This document shows positions 44,002 through 54,190 of a DNA stretch of 58,573 bases, piece by piece. Made by a program: the position numbers and the translations under genes. Position 1 is the stretch's first letter. Every line of letters starts with the position of its first letter. The DNA comes from a virus (taxonomy: Duplodnaviria > Caudoviricetes): positions 1 to 58,573 of IMG/VR virus record IMGVR_UViG_3300031857_000201; one strand, 5' to 3'. The notes under the pieces are model-generated. The model was given only the letters and a program-made list of their open reading frames with translations, searched no databases and had not been told where the DNA came from.

Positions 44002-45384
44002 TTACCTCTTGTATGGGTAGTGTTGCTCATATAATTGTCCGTACAGACTTTGGTAGCGAGTTGCAATATCGTTATAAGGCCTTGAGCCAAAGAAGTCACC
44101 AAAGGGCACACGCAAACCTGTTTGCTTATCCCAATCACGTAATGCAGTAAAGTAATCTTGGCGCATCTTCATGCCTAGAATACTTTCTTTGGCGTAGTAT
44201 TTGATGGCGTCAGCAGCATCCCGAGGAGATACCATTGGGGCTTGCAATAGAGTTACGTCGGCATTAGAAATCTGTGGGCCAAGAACTGACTTATTGACTC
44301 GAGCATTTTCAAAGAATTGACGGGCAATGATGGTACTGGCACGAGCCAAGACTTTTTGTTCATCAGGCGACAGTTTAACTTTGGATAAGAATTCTTGTAC
44401 AGGCACTGAGAATGCGCCCCATGGAGTAGCAACACCCTTATCTGCTGCAGCTTGCAAACCAGCCAAGAGACCTTGCTGTTGCATTAAGCCCCAAATTTGT
44501 GGGTACTTATCAGCCAAGTCATGCAACTCTTTTAGATCTCTGACGTTGGTATTAACTCGATCCGGTGTCCAAGAATTGAAAACGTTGCGTTGCTCTTTCC
44601 ATTCTTCATCAGACAGCTTTTGACGCTCTTTCATACCCTCAGCACGAACAGCCAATGGCACACCAGCATCACTGCGGGATGTGTCGATAGTTGTAGGTGG
44701 CTGTTGTACAGGTGATGGCGCTGCACGACCACTAGGCGCCAAAGGTGTTGTAGGCACAGTTGTACCAGTTGAGCCAGGGCGCAAAGCATTGAGATACTCA
44801 GGTGGTATCATTTGCAAAAACTCAGGGCCAAACTTGGCTTCCATCTCAGCCAAAGAAACTCCAGATTTGACCATCTCAAGAAAGTTCTTAATGGCATCAT
44901 TTTCCATTGCCGCTGAGTTTTTTAGAATCTCCCCAAGCTTAGGGTACTTGGCAGCAAAGGCGGCGTAAATATCAGGTGTAATTTTGCGAGTTATACCTGC
45001 TGGGAAGCGACCTGTTTGTACGCCTTCGGCAGTTTGCTCTGGTGAAGTGCCAAGCAATTGCCCCAGCATTTTCATACCCTCAGCCTGGTTGGCCAGTTCA
45101 TACTTTTGGCCTGCAATTTGAGCACGTAATTGCGCAATAGGTAGTTCAAGCTCACGTTGCTTAGCTTGATCTTGCGCCACAGCCCCGGCAGCTCGACCAA
45201 GAGCCTCGCCAAATGTACCGGTGCGGCCAGGATCAAGAAACTGCGCTGCCACGTTCCACATATTGGTACCTTGGCGCGCTTCAAGAGCGGTTAACGTTTT
45301 ATTTAGCGCGTCAAGATATTCTGATTGCGCGCCTTCATCAAGGCCAATGCCTGTAGGCGCTTTAGGAATTGTTGGTAGTGCCAT
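44002..45384 (-). CDS. Putative internal virion/DNA ejection protein
   Basis: Helical, PGRTGTFGEALG N-terminal motif, GPQISNAD motif. Confidence 0.6.
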   Translation of the reverse strand: MALPTIPKAPTGIGLDEGAQSEYLDALNKTLTALEARQGTNMWNVAAQFLDPGRTGTFGEALGRAAGAVAQDQAKQRELELPIAQLRAQIAGQKYELANQAEGMKMLGQLLGTSPEQTAEGVQTGRFPAGITRKITPDIYAAFAAKYPKLGEILKNSAAMENDAIKNFLEMVKSGVSLAEMEAKFGPEFLQMIPPEYLNALRPGSTGTTVPTTPLAPSGRAAPSPVQQPPTTIDTSRSDAGVPLAVRAEGMKERQKLSDEEWKEQRNVFNSWTPDRVNTNVRDLKELHDLADKYPQIWGLMQQQGLLAGLQAAADKGVATPWGAFSVPVQEFLSKVKLSPDEQKVLARASTIIARQFFENARVNKSVLGPQISNADVTLLQAPMVSPRDAADAIKYYAKESILGMKMRQDYFTALRDWDKQTGLRVPFGDFFGSRPYNDIATRYQSLYGQLYEQHYPYKR

Positions 45385-45393
45385 AATAGCCTC

Positions 45394-46293
45394 TTAAAAT
45401 TGCTTGCTTAGCCAATCCCAAGCACTTGATGCGCCCTTGGAAATAACATCACCTAATGTGCCGCCTACTGTATTAGAACCTACGTTTGCACCAAGCAATG
45501 AGCCAAGACCCGCAATTTGCGCCAATGGCGAAGCAGCATACGCACCAGGCAATGGGCCTTTGTATGTGGATGCCACATCTGTAGGTATACTATAGCCCTT
45601 AATAAGCTGCGACGTGGTGCCTAACGTTTGCAATGGGAATAATTGTTGCGCCTGCCCAATTTGCTGTTGCTGCGCACCTAGTGTAGCCAGCGCATTAACG
45701 TCGCCTAAACCAAGCTGTTGTTGCGTACCGGCCAAGCTTCCAAGCTGTTGCGCGCCCATCAATTGACGTGCTAAGTCGTTTTGCGCAGCCGTCATAGCAT
45801 TTTGGTATCCTTGGCTAAGCGCCATCGACTGGCGGCCACCAATATCTGCTAATGCGTCACGAATGGTACGGCCTAGCACCTGAGCTCCACGTTGTGAGCC
45901 AAATTGGCCAGTACCTACTGCGCCAGATACTGCACCAGGGGCAAGATTTTCTACAATATTACGTTGCCCAAGTCGCCCAATCTCACCTACAACTTGTGAA
46001 GTGTAGGGATCCATGTATTGGCCTACCACAGATGGCGCTGTTGTACCAGCGCCTGTTTGGGCCATATTAACAGCGGCTTGCAGCGTAGGCGCGTATGTAC
46101 CTACATTGGCTTTGGTCAAATCAAAAGCTTGTTGCTGCAAAGGCGTCGCGCCTACAAACTGAGCTTGCTGCCCAGCTTGCATACCTTGTTGCGCAATATT
46201 GCTAAGGTAGTCGGTGTACCAACTAGGTGCTGTGGTTTTTTGTGTTTGCGCTACATTTACATCAGGTAGCGCTTCGCCGACGGTAAGAGCCAT
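45394..46293 (-). CDS. Putative DNA pilot/ejection protein
   Basis: Gln/Gly/Ala-rich. YMDPY..QV, GQFGSQR, QGYQNA, SPLAQIAGLG. Confidence 0.7.
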   Translation of the reverse strand: MALTVGEALPDVNVAQTQKTTAPSWYTDYLSNIAQQGMQAGQQAQFVGATPLQQQAFDLTKANVGTYAPTLQAAVNMAQTGAGTTAPSVVGQYMDPYTSQVVGEIGRLGQRNIVENLAPGAVSGAVGTGQFGSQRGAQVLGRTIRDALADIGGRQSMALSQGYQNAMTAAQNDLARQLMGAQQLGSLAGTQQQLGLGDVNALATLGAQQQQIGQAQQLFPLQTLGTTSQLIKGYSIPTDVASTYKGPLPGAYAASPLAQIAGLGSLLGANVGSNTVGGTLGDVISKGASSAWDWLSKQF

Positions 46294-46296
46294 GAT

Positions 46297-49200
46297 TTAG
46301 CCTTTCAAATATTCCAGAGGTGATTTCGCAGCTGGCGGAATCTTCTTATGCGAAGCCCCCCGCTTATGCTTACGAATATTTTCTCTCATTTTATCCAACA
46401 TTTTTGCACCAGCTTTATTGGAACCATTCCCCAAAGCTGCTACAGTATCTGCATCAAATACGTACTCACCATCAGCCAACATAGCCGGTATGCTATCAGA
46501 TTGGCCATCGCCTTCGCCTTCTACATAATATCCTGTTTTACCTGTAATAAACTGTGGAACATGCACATCGCCACCACTTCTAAACATAAAAGGCTCTGCT
46601 CGATCGGAGCGTTGTAAGCCTGCCATACGGGCTGCGTCAAAACTAAACTCATCAGGTCGAATAAGGCTAGTTTTTTCCATTTCTGTAGGGCCAAGGCCTA
46701 CTTGTTGTTGTGGTTGTTGCATGCCATCTTCTTGTTTTAAGAACTGCGTATACATATCAAGTGGCGACTGTTGTTGCTGCGCACCATATGTGTAATAGCT
46801 TTGATCAGGCAGGCGCGATGAGATTACATCCAATAGCCCGCGATCCACGTCGGCTAAGCCAGGGTATAACTGCTGCAATTCTAAGAGCTGGTCGTACGCT
46901 GTCTGCGGCATCTTAGTTTGCAACATTGTTGGTGTAGGCGCTTGTGGCGTTGCGCCTGACAGAGTAGGCGTCGACAATAAACCTAATGATCCAGCGCCAG
47001 ATGTGCCTGTTGCAGCAGTTCTAATATTCCCCATGCCTGCTAAAGCTTCTGGAGTATATTCAGTTAGTGGGAATTCTTGCGACGCTTTTGTATACTCATC
47101 AAACTCAGGCGTATCTTGCTCTTCACTAGGCAAATATCGCCAAGGCTGCATTTCAATTTCACGCTGACCTATAACTTCAACTTCTTCTAAAGTACGCGGG
47201 TCAACAGGCCTCGTGACAATAGATGAGCCATCTATTGAGCCTAAGGCGCCTAAAGCTGCTTGTCTTTGTATATCCTCATAGCCATATTGGCCTGTTGCGT
47301 AGCCAGGCAATGGCGTAGTCAATTTCCAATCGGTAGGCGTTGCAGCACCTGTACCAAAGCCGCTTAATGCGCCCGCACCAGCTTGACCAGTAATGCTTGA
47401 ATAGTCAGGCCCCATATCGCCCATGGCCATGACTTGGTCAACAGGCAGACCTGCTGTTTTTTGCGTTGTAGATGGCGTATCTGCTTGTTGCGCTTTCAAA
47501 CCAGATGCTGCAATGGAAGGCGCTGCCGCTTGCAATGCAGTATATAGATCCTCGCCACGAACAAGCGCTTCAGACCCTACTTGAGCTACGTTGCCTGCGG
47601 CATCCACCATAAAAGGTAATGCACCACTTTCGCCCATGTATTTAGTAACGGCGTTTTGCGCTTGTGCTGACGCAAAATTACCTGCCACATTGGCAAGTAT
47701 ATTCTCACCTAGTTTTTCAGGCGCTATTGCTGCAGATGCCAAGCCTGTACTAATACCTTGCGCAATGGTTTGTTGCGCTTGACCTAACGATACGCCTGCA
47801 AAGTCTGCAACTTTCTTTACATTTTCAACGCCACCTAGCGCAGTATTGGCAATATCTGCGGATTTGACTTGTGCCAATGCACCCGCACCGCCCATAAGAG
47901 CAGCTTGCCCAATATTGCCGCCTGTTAATGCCGCCAAGCCTGCGTTGGTTACTGCGCCTGCAAGTGCGCCACTGGCAGCTGCGCCTAAGCCTGTAGCCGC
48001 GCCAATTTTTCCTGCTAGCGCGCCGGTAAGACCTGGCATAGCAAAAGACAACCCTATTGCAGCAATAGGTAATAGATCACCATACCAAGTCTCTCCGGTG
48101 ACGTTTCTAGTGGCGTTGTAGTAATTCGCCATAGGCGCGCCTTGCTCATTGGTTACAGGAACTAAGTTTCCTGAACCATCAGCGCGAAACAGCAACGCAG
48201 CATGTTTGTTGCCATCAATAGAGTTGGCAACCATGTAGAAGTCTTTTGTACGATCCGCAATGTCGTTATATAAAGATTGTTTATCAAGAACTTTCTGTGT
48301 ACTTTTTGTCCCATAAGCACCAGAAAATTCTTGCGTTGTGTAATAGTCGTTAACGTTTAGACCAACCTGTTCCGCTGCTTTTTTGAAGTCAGCATCTGAT
48401 GCAGCCTGATTGGTGCCAGCTTTTACAATTCCTCTTGCGCCACCAGACATACCGGCACTAACAGTTCCCATGTCCAGACCAACAATGGCAGGCCCACGCA
48501 TCGCAGTAGAGGCGTCAGATTTAACGTTCCAACCAAATTTGTTCCAGTTGTCACGGTACTGCTGTTCATCAATTTTGTTGCTCTTGTAGCGATCAAGCAC
48601 AGCATCTAAGCCACCTTGATCAAGAATAGGCAACTTTGTATTGGGGTCAATATTGCTAAAGGCGTCAGGGTTTGCGCCCTGAATATTTACAGTTGGAATT
48701 GCAGACATCTTCAGAGGGTCAATCTGAGACGCCATGCCAACAACAGGTGTAATTAAATCTTGTAACTTAGTATTTTTAACTGCAGTTTGAATTTGCCCCA
48801 GCAAAGTTTGAACCTGCTTTGCGTCTGCCATCTTAGTGACATCGCCAAGGCTATTTCTAATAGTATCTACATAACTGCTAACATTGCTAATTGCTTCGTT
48901 GCGTTGATCAAGATATGGTTGAATTGAATCAACAATACTTTGATATTTAGTTTGCGCTGTATCAAAAGTCTTGTTGGCAGTATTAAGAGCAGTTTGCGCA
49001 GGCTTAATAGTGCTATTTTGATACGCTTTTTCTGCGTTTGCTCTTGCTGTATCTAGTGTAGCGTAGGCTTTATCAACTGCAGTAACAGCTTTTCCATACG
49101 CAACCTCACCTGCTTTTGCTTTTTTGTAGTCGCTATCAAACATACTATTGTATGCTTTGTCACGAGCGGCTTCAGCAGTTGTAATAGCCTTAAGAGCATT

Positions 49201-49419
49201 CTGGTACGCGGCATTCTTAGAAAGATATGAGCCATCATTAAGCGCGTCAGTCAACTTATCAAGCTTTGCCTGCGCCGCATCTAAAGCTTTTTGCGCGTTA
49301 GTAACAGCAGTCTGGCTAGTTTTTGACGACGCTTGTGCATCTGTGTATTTTTTGTTTGCAGCAGTGACTGCGTTAATCGCTTTTTGTACATCTGCTAGTT
49401 TTACAGCGGTGTATGCCAT
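46297..49419 (-). CDS. Large internal virion protein (coiled coil, hydrophobic Gly/Ala region, C-terminal SDSIPAML domain)
   Basis: Likely ATG at 49419. FRSGG followed by G.GDGQSDSIPAMLADGEYV.DADTV..LGNGS..AGA..LD. Confidence 0.7.
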   Translation of the reverse strand: MAYTAVKLADVQKAINAVTAANKKYTDAQASSKTSQTAVTNAQKALDAAQAKLDKLTDALNDGSYLSKNAAYQNALKAITTAEAARDKAYNSMFDSDYKKAKAGEVAYGKAVTAVDKAYATLDTARANAEKAYQNSTIKPAQTALNTANKTFDTAQTKYQSIVDSIQPYLDQRNEAISNVSSYVDTIRNSLGDVTKMADAKQVQTLLGQIQTAVKNTKLQDLITPVVGMASQIDPLKMSAIPTVNIQGANPDAFSNIDPNTKLPILDQGGLDAVLDRYKSNKIDEQQYRDNWNKFGWNVKSDASTAMRGPAIVGLDMGTVSAGMSGGARGIVKAGTNQAASDADFKKAAEQVGLNVNDYYTTQEFSGAYGTKSTQKVLDKQSLYNDIADRTKDFYMVANSIDGNKHAALLFRADGSGNLVPVTNEQGAPMANYYNATRNVTGETWYGDLLPIAAIGLSFAMPGLTGALAGKIGAATGLGAAASGALAGAVTNAGLAALTGGNIGQAALMGGAGALAQVKSADIANTALGGVENVKKVADFAGVSLGQAQQTIAQGISTGLASAAIAPEKLGENILANVAGNFASAQAQNAVTKYMGESGALPFMVDAAGNVAQVGSEALVRGEDLYTALQAAAPSIAASGLKAQQADTPSTTQKTAGLPVDQVMAMGDMGPDYSSITGQAGAGALSGFGTGAATPTDWKLTTPLPGYATGQYGYEDIQRQAALGALGSIDGSSIVTRPVDPRTLEEVEVIGQREIEMQPWRYLPSEEQDTPEFDEYTKASQEFPLTEYTPEALAGMGNIRTAATGTSGAGSLGLLSTPTLSGATPQAPTPTMLQTKMPQTAYDQLLELQQLYPGLADVDRGLLDVISSRLPDQSYYTYGAQQQQSPLDMYTQFLKQEDGMQQPQQQVGLGPTEMEKTSLIRPDEFSFDAARMAGLQRSDRAEPFMFRSGGDVHVPQFITGKTGYYVEGEGDGQSDSIPAMLADGEYVFDADTVAALGNGSNKAGAKMLDKMRENIRKHKRGASHKKIPPAAKSPLEYLKG

Positions 49420-49420
49420 A

Positions 49421-49669
49421 TTAGCCTCTAGGATTGATGGCGCCAACTAATGCAGCGGCCCAATCTTGCCAATTATCAAACTTGTATGGGCCCGGAATGC
49501 CTTCATTAACAAACACGTCAATGGCGATTAGGCCTGCGCCCCAGTCTTGCCATTTCATCTCATCTGATGGTATTTGTAATTGCTGTGGCGCGTAGAGCTC
49601 ACACATTAACGACGCCCATGACATAAAACTATGGTACCTTGGGTCGTAAATAAGACTAACATCAGCCAT
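49421..49669 (-). CDS. Small Trp-rich tail-module protein
   Basis: YDPR...W...W..W...P.PY.F.NWQDWA. Confidence 0.7.
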   Translation of the reverse strand: MADVSLIYDPRYHSFMSWASLMCELYAPQQLQIPSDEMKWQDWGAGLIAIDVFVNEGIPGPYKFDNWQDWAAALVGAINPRG

Positions 49670-51479
49670 TGTAGCCTCTTACGTCACCAATATTGCCTAC
49701 CAATAGAATGCGGCCTGTTTGGAAATCACCGCCAGCAGTATTGCTAACAAACTTCAATCGCAGCTCACGCCGTTGCTCACGTAGATCGATTTTGTTAGTA
49801 CCAGGGCTAAATGTGTAAGCATCAGATACTTTATCCGCCGCTTGAGCATATGGTCTACCGGTAATGTAAAGCTCCATATTGCCGGATTGTATGAAATCTG
49901 GCTCAATTCTGGACACATCCAGCCATACATTATTACCTACCATGGCCGGTTCAGAAGGCCCGCCGCTTACCCAACCTAAGTCATTGGTTTCCACATATGA
50001 CTCAATGGCGTTAACGTTAGTGCCTTTAACTGCGTCAGTACCAATCTCATGCTGCCAAAGAGAGACTGTATTATATGTGCTATCAACAGTTAATTGAAAT
50101 CCTGCGCCTCCACCAAACGTACCGGTAAGAATGTCGCCTACTGTATAACTTTGCCCGTGTGCAGTAATCTGAACTGCTGTTACAATATTGCCTGCCACTG
50201 TAATAGTGGCATACGCGCCTGTGCCTGTGCCACCTGTTAGAACAACAGCGGTATATGTGCCATTGGTATAGCCACTACCAGGATTAGTAATACTAACAGC
50301 GTTAACTGCATAAAGAGATTCTGGATCCCAACCTGCATTAATTGGGTACCTAAATACTTGTGAGAAATAGCCTGCTGATCTACGAGCGCCTAATGCTTGG
50401 CCTGCGTCGTACCAACGATTCTCACGAATATTGTAGATAATGGCGTCATTGCACTCTGTCGAGTTGCCACGTGGATAGAACCACCAAATCTCGCCAAAGC
50501 GAGGCACTTTGGATGCCCAAACTTTATTTCTTTGCGCATAGTTTAGATTGTCAAAGAAATAGTTTTGATTCATATCATTGGGGATTTCTTTGACCACGCC
50601 GTTATATAGCAAGAAGCGATCAACACCACACCAATAATAAATTCCGTCATACTCAATTACTGATTGGCTTGATAGAATGGACGATTGACTTGAAATAATG
50701 TCGTAACGCCAAAATAAAGTTTGCGCGCCAATTGTAGTTGGGTTGTATGAAACTCGAATTAATGAGTCCAAAGACCAAAACAGCCCAGATGGCGCATTAG
50801 AGCCACCTCGTACAGGCAGCCCTTGTACAATTTTTGTGCCTGCTACGTTAGTCTCGTTAGCATCAGCAGAATTCCAATCAGTAAAATCACCTGCAGCACA
50901 ATTCTTAATGAGTCCATTATTACCGTAAACAAAAATGTAAGGGTGCAGCACAACAAGGCCGCCACTAACTGAAATAGGGTTATTTGTAGGCGCCGAACCG
51001 CCGGTATCTGCTAACTGCGCCATGGACGTACCGGTAATCAAACCTTGCAATACAGGCGTGTTAATTTCAGATGCAATATCTGATAGATTTTGTCCAGGAT
51101 GCGCAACAAGCGTATTGGCTGCACCAGCTACATCATAAAACGTATCAAACTGCCATAGATTATTGGCATTAGCAGCAAAGTTAGATAAAGTAAAATCCAG
51201 AACACCGGTGCCTACACCAATATTGTTAATGGGGTTAACTTGTAAACCTGCAGCGTAGCCGCTAAAAACGTAACTCAAACCTGCTTGTGGGCTAACATAA
51301 ATGCCGCGCGATGGGCCTGCAAAGTCATTAGAAATCTCACGATATCCTGCCATTTTACGAGGGCGGCCGCGCTGAAAACGCACCCAACGGCCATCTGCAT
51401 AAAATTGACGATCAAATACAGTACCATCTCGCTGTATGCCGGCTGCGGTATCTAGCGCAAATACTTTTTCATCTGACAT
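49662..51479 (-). CDS. Tail nozzle/stabilisation protein (P22 gp10 / tail tubular B-like)
   Basis: GIQRDGT, WVRFQRGRPRK..G, beta-propeller-like repeats, FGEIWWFYP, RIEPDF, R.LRLKF.SN..GG. Confidence 0.75.
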   Translation of the reverse strand: MSDEKVFALDTAAGIQRDGTVFDRQFYADGRWVRFQRGRPRKMAGYREISNDFAGPSRGIYVSPQAGLSYVFSGYAAGLQVNPINNIGVGTGVLDFTLSNFAANANNLWQFDTFYDVAGAANTLVAHPGQNLSDIASEINTPVLQGLITGTSMAQLADTGGSAPTNNPISVSGGLVVLHPYIFVYGNNGLIKNCAAGDFTDWNSADANETNVAGTKIVQGLPVRGGSNAPSGLFWSLDSLIRVSYNPTTIGAQTLFWRYDIISSQSSILSSQSVIEYDGIYYWCGVDRFLLYNGVVKEIPNDMNQNYFFDNLNYAQRNKVWASKVPRFGEIWWFYPRGNSTECNDAIIYNIRENRWYDAGQALGARRSAGYFSQVFRYPINAGWDPESLYAVNAVSITNPGSGYTNGTYTAVVLTGGTGTGAYATITVAGNIVTAVQITAHGQSYTVGDILTGTFGGGAGFQLTVDSTYNTVSLWQHEIGTDAVKGTNVNAIESYVETNDLGWVSGGPSEPAMVGNNVWLDVSRIEPDFIQSGNMELYITGRPYAQAADKVSDAYTFSPGTNKIDLREQRRELRLKFVSNTAGGDFQTGRILLVGNIGDVRGYNG

Positions 51480-52717
51480 CAGAATGTGCCTCCACTAACG
51501 CCAGTTGTAAACGTACCTGAACCAGTAATTGTTAGCCCCGTTGCTGTTAAAGATGATCTTTGTGTGCCTAAAATTGAGATGTCAAATGCGCCTGCACCAC
51601 TACGATATATACCAGTATTAGTTTCTGCAGCAAAATTAAGACCCGGTGTAGATGCCGTGCCTGAAACTATGCTAATGGCAGTTGCGCCGGATTGCGTAGT
51701 ATTTGCATTGAAAAAGTTAGTGCCATCACAAACTAGCGTTGCCTGCTGCCCAGGTGGAATAGTTGCTGAAAACGAGCCTGGAATGCCTGTTGTAACTGTT
51801 AATGTATAACCATTATCAACAGTTTGATTACTAATAACGTATAGATTGACGATAGGTGGATACGTTACTACAACATTACCTGACAAAGTCCCTACGTATT
51901 CCTGAATAATATTAGATGCTTCTGACGGTGTCAGTGTATATGCGCCTGAAACTACAGGCTTTGTAATGGCATTAAATACAAATTGACTACTAGTGCCATA
52001 TCCTACAGTAACGTACTCCGTACCAGTGCAAATAACAAATGAGGCTTCACCCGGCGCGTATTGCTTAAATGCGCCACCATCAATTAACTCTACGCCTGTG
52101 GTGTTGATGGTTAACGTACCTGAGCCATTATTCTTAAAGATGGTGAACCAGTTATTGCCTAACGTAGCAACAGCTGGCAATGTTACACTGCCTGCACCAC
52201 TAGGCCAAATTTTTGTTTGTGCTCTATCCGCAGCTACAAAAGTGTAGCCATTGGTAATATTGGTTGCAGGATGGCTTTGATTTAGTGTTGCTGAAATGGC
52301 CAATAAGCCATAGCCTGCCAAGGTTGCAGCATCTGCGCTAGATGTTCCTGTACCAAATGCAATGATACCCCAAGTACCAGCAGCAGTAGAGTTAGAAGTG
52401 ACATAGATATATTCCGCTTGACCTGAGCCAATAGAAATGATGGTACCACCAGAACTATCTTTAACAGTGAATGCTGTTGCGCCAAGATTGCGAATCAACG
52501 AGTCAGTGCCAACAGAAGTCTGGTTGGCAGGCGGCATAATCAATGATAAGCCGCTTGTAGATGGCGTAACCTCCATAATACGTGCAGCATAGTTGCCAGT
52601 AGCATTGCCATTGATGGGCCATGACAGCGTCGTATTAGAAGATAGCGTAAACGAGCGATAGCTTACGTCAGTAGGCTGAATGACGTCGCCAGTAAATGGT
52701 GAGACATAAGATGTCAT
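51479..52717 (-). CDS. Tail fibre/spike protein
   Basis: Beta-rich, TLPA.ATLGN.W...KN.G.G.LTI, G.ASTPGLNF...TNTGIYR, ends VSGGTF. Confidence 0.7.
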   Translation of the reverse strand: MTSYVSPFTGDVIQPTDVSYRSFTLSSNTTLSWPINGNATGNYAARIMEVTPSTSGLSLIMPPANQTSVGTDSLIRNLGATAFTVKDSSGGTIISIGSGQAEYIYVTSNSTAAGTWGIIAFGTGTSSADAATLAGYGLLAISATLNQSHPATNITNGYTFVAADRAQTKIWPSGAGSVTLPAVATLGNNWFTIFKNNGSGTLTINTTGVELIDGGAFKQYAPGEASFVICTGTEYVTVGYGTSSQFVFNAITKPVVSGAYTLTPSEASNIIQEYVGTLSGNVVVTYPPIVNLYVISNQTVDNGYTLTVTTGIPGSFSATIPPGQQATLVCDGTNFFNANTTQSGATAISIVSGTASTPGLNFAAETNTGIYRSGAGAFDISILGTQRSSLTATGLTITGSGTFTTGVSGGTF

Positions 52718-53343
52718 GAGTCAACCGCCACAGTTTGTCGATCGCCTGTACGCTGTATATCTTCAGCTTTTAGAGTCGCCATGCTCTCATCATACAGCGC
52801 TTTCCATACGCCAATTCGGCTGTCGTTCTTTAAGAATGGCATAGCCTGCAAGAGGCTACCATATAACAAAGCTTGTGGCGCGTATTCAGTAAACCAATTG
52901 GTTTGATTGGTCGCATCCAAAGGCTGCGGACGCTCGTAGTAAACTACCTCAAATGGATACGCTGCAGCAGGCGTAGGCGCAATCAACCAATGCGTATAAT
53001 CATAGTCAGCGTAATACAGTGGCACATCTGTATCAGTGGCATCAGGCCAGTAATTACGCAAATACTCATACTTGCGCAATAGAACTGGCTTTTTCTCGCC
53101 ATTAACAGTAATGGACATAGACACCGTTTTACGCCAACGAGCCGGCTTGGCAATTACTGGATTCCCAGATACCATAGTTGCGGTATCCACAGTCAATGTG
53201 CCAAGAAATTTGATCTGGCTTGCAATGATTTGCTCAGCCAGCATAATAAAAGTGGGGATCTTATTGATCGTGGCAGTGTCGGTACGCTCAAGATAGCTCT
53301 CGATATCTGCGGCCAACGATGTGTATGTCATTACTGCTGCCAT
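52714..53343 (-). CDS. Head-tail adaptor / tail tubular protein A-like
   Basis: MTY.SL...I..YL.R.D.....IP.FI.LAE, P.YYA, APTP...Y, TNW....AP.ALLYGSL..A.PFLKND. Confidence 0.8.
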   Translation of the reverse strand: MAAVMTYTSLAADIESYLERTDTATINKIPTFIMLAEQIIASQIKFLGTLTVDTATMVSGNPVIAKPARWRKTVSMSITVNGEKKPVLLRKYEYLRNYWPDATDTDVPLYYADYDYTHWLIAPTPAAAYPFEVVYYERPQPLDATNQTNWFTEYAPQALLYGSLLQAMPFLKNDSRIGVWKALYDESMATLKAEDIQRTGDRQTVAVDS

Positions 53344-53513
53344 TATTTGCCTCGTTTAGCTTTTGCACCCTGCATATTTGCAACTAAAGAGGGGTAAACC
53401 GTGCCGGTTTTCTTGGCAAAAGCTTTGGCAGCTTTTTTCTGGTTGGGGCTAAGAGGCTTGGACTTGCCAATACTCTTAGGGCGTGGCTTTTCCCAGATAG
53501 GTTTATCGCTCAT
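53343..53513 (-). CDS. 56-aa basic protein (not in ORF track)
   Basis: MSDKPIWEKPRPKSIGKSKPLSPNQKKAAKAFA...YPSLVANM, TAATG-coupled to the adaptor gene. Confidence 0.75.
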   Translation of the reverse strand: MSDKPIWEKPRPKSIGKSKPLSPNQKKAAKAFAKKTGTVYPSLVANMQGAKAKRGK

Positions 53514-53543
53514 TATATTCCCTTTCTATACCAGAATGACACT

Positions 53544-54032
53544 TCAATGTTGACTTCTTATGGCTTCGTATTGGCTGTAGCACTGTTTGAGGGCTGCTCT
53601 GATCTCGTCGGCTCGGGCAGCTTCCCCAACAAGAAATTCTCCATCCGGTCTATAAAGCTGCTTTCCAGTACACCCTGCGGCAACCTGTCCAGAGCCGGTG
53701 GTTTGGGTGGTGTTACTGGCATCGGCGCTGGGGCGATCTTGCCGCTGGCGCATGACGTTAGAAAGAGCGGTAGTACGAGCATTAAGATTCCTAATCTCAC
53801 GATCTTTTTCCTGTCTGATATTGTCAGCTGCCTGTTGCCAATTCTGCTCTTTCTCTCGAGCTTGATTAACAGCCTCAGTATGCTTAGCCAGTAAGTCAGC
53901 TTTCTCATGATCCCATTGCTGCTGAATCTCAGCTCTACCTGCCTTGTCGCCTCGCCAATAGCCTATACCGGAAGCACTCAGAAGGGCTACGAGCATCGCC
54001 AGTAAAAACCATGGGTTCATATACGCCATCAT
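53544..54032 (-). CDS. Rz-like inner-membrane spanin
   Basis: N-terminal TM helix, periplasmic coiled coil, C-terminal Cys residues. In the lysis cassette. Confidence 0.8.
   Translation of the reverse strand: MMAYMNPWFLLAMLVALLSASGIGYWRGDKAGRAEIQQQWDHEKADLLAKHTEAVNQAREKEQNWQQAADNIRQEKDREIRNLNARTTALSNVMRQRQDRPSADASNTTQTTGSGQVAAGCTGKQLYRPDGEFLVGEAARADEIRAALKQCYSQYEAIRSQH
53558..53800 (-). CDS. Rz1-like outer-membrane spanin lipoprotein embedded in Rz
   Basis: GTG at 53800 with AGGA upstream, MRLGILMLVLPLFLTS-C lipobox, Pro-rich mature part, alternative frame fully inside Rz. Confidence 0.75.
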   Translation of the reverse strand: MRLGILMLVLPLFLTSCASGKIAPAPMPVTPPKPPALDRLPQGVLESSFIDRMENFLLGKLPEPTRSEQPSNSATANTKP

Positions 54033-54190
54033 TTTGCAGGTGGCTTAGTGCCTTCTAGCTTCTTATGAACCTTGACAGTCTTGCAAACCTGCTTTTTGGT
54101 CTTGGCGTCTTCCATACAAACTTTCTTCATCTCACCACCGGCAAGTGCAACAAGTGGAATAAATGCAATCAGTGCAAGCAGACTTTTCAT
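54029..54190 (-). CDS. 53-aa secreted peptide (not in ORF track)
   Basis: MKSLLALIAFIPLVALA signal peptide, then KKVC...KQVCKTVKVHKKLEG. Coupled on both sides. Confidence 0.7.
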   Translation of the reverse strand: MKSLLALIAFIPLVALAGGEMKKVCMEDAKTKKQVCKTVKVHKKLEGTKPPAK

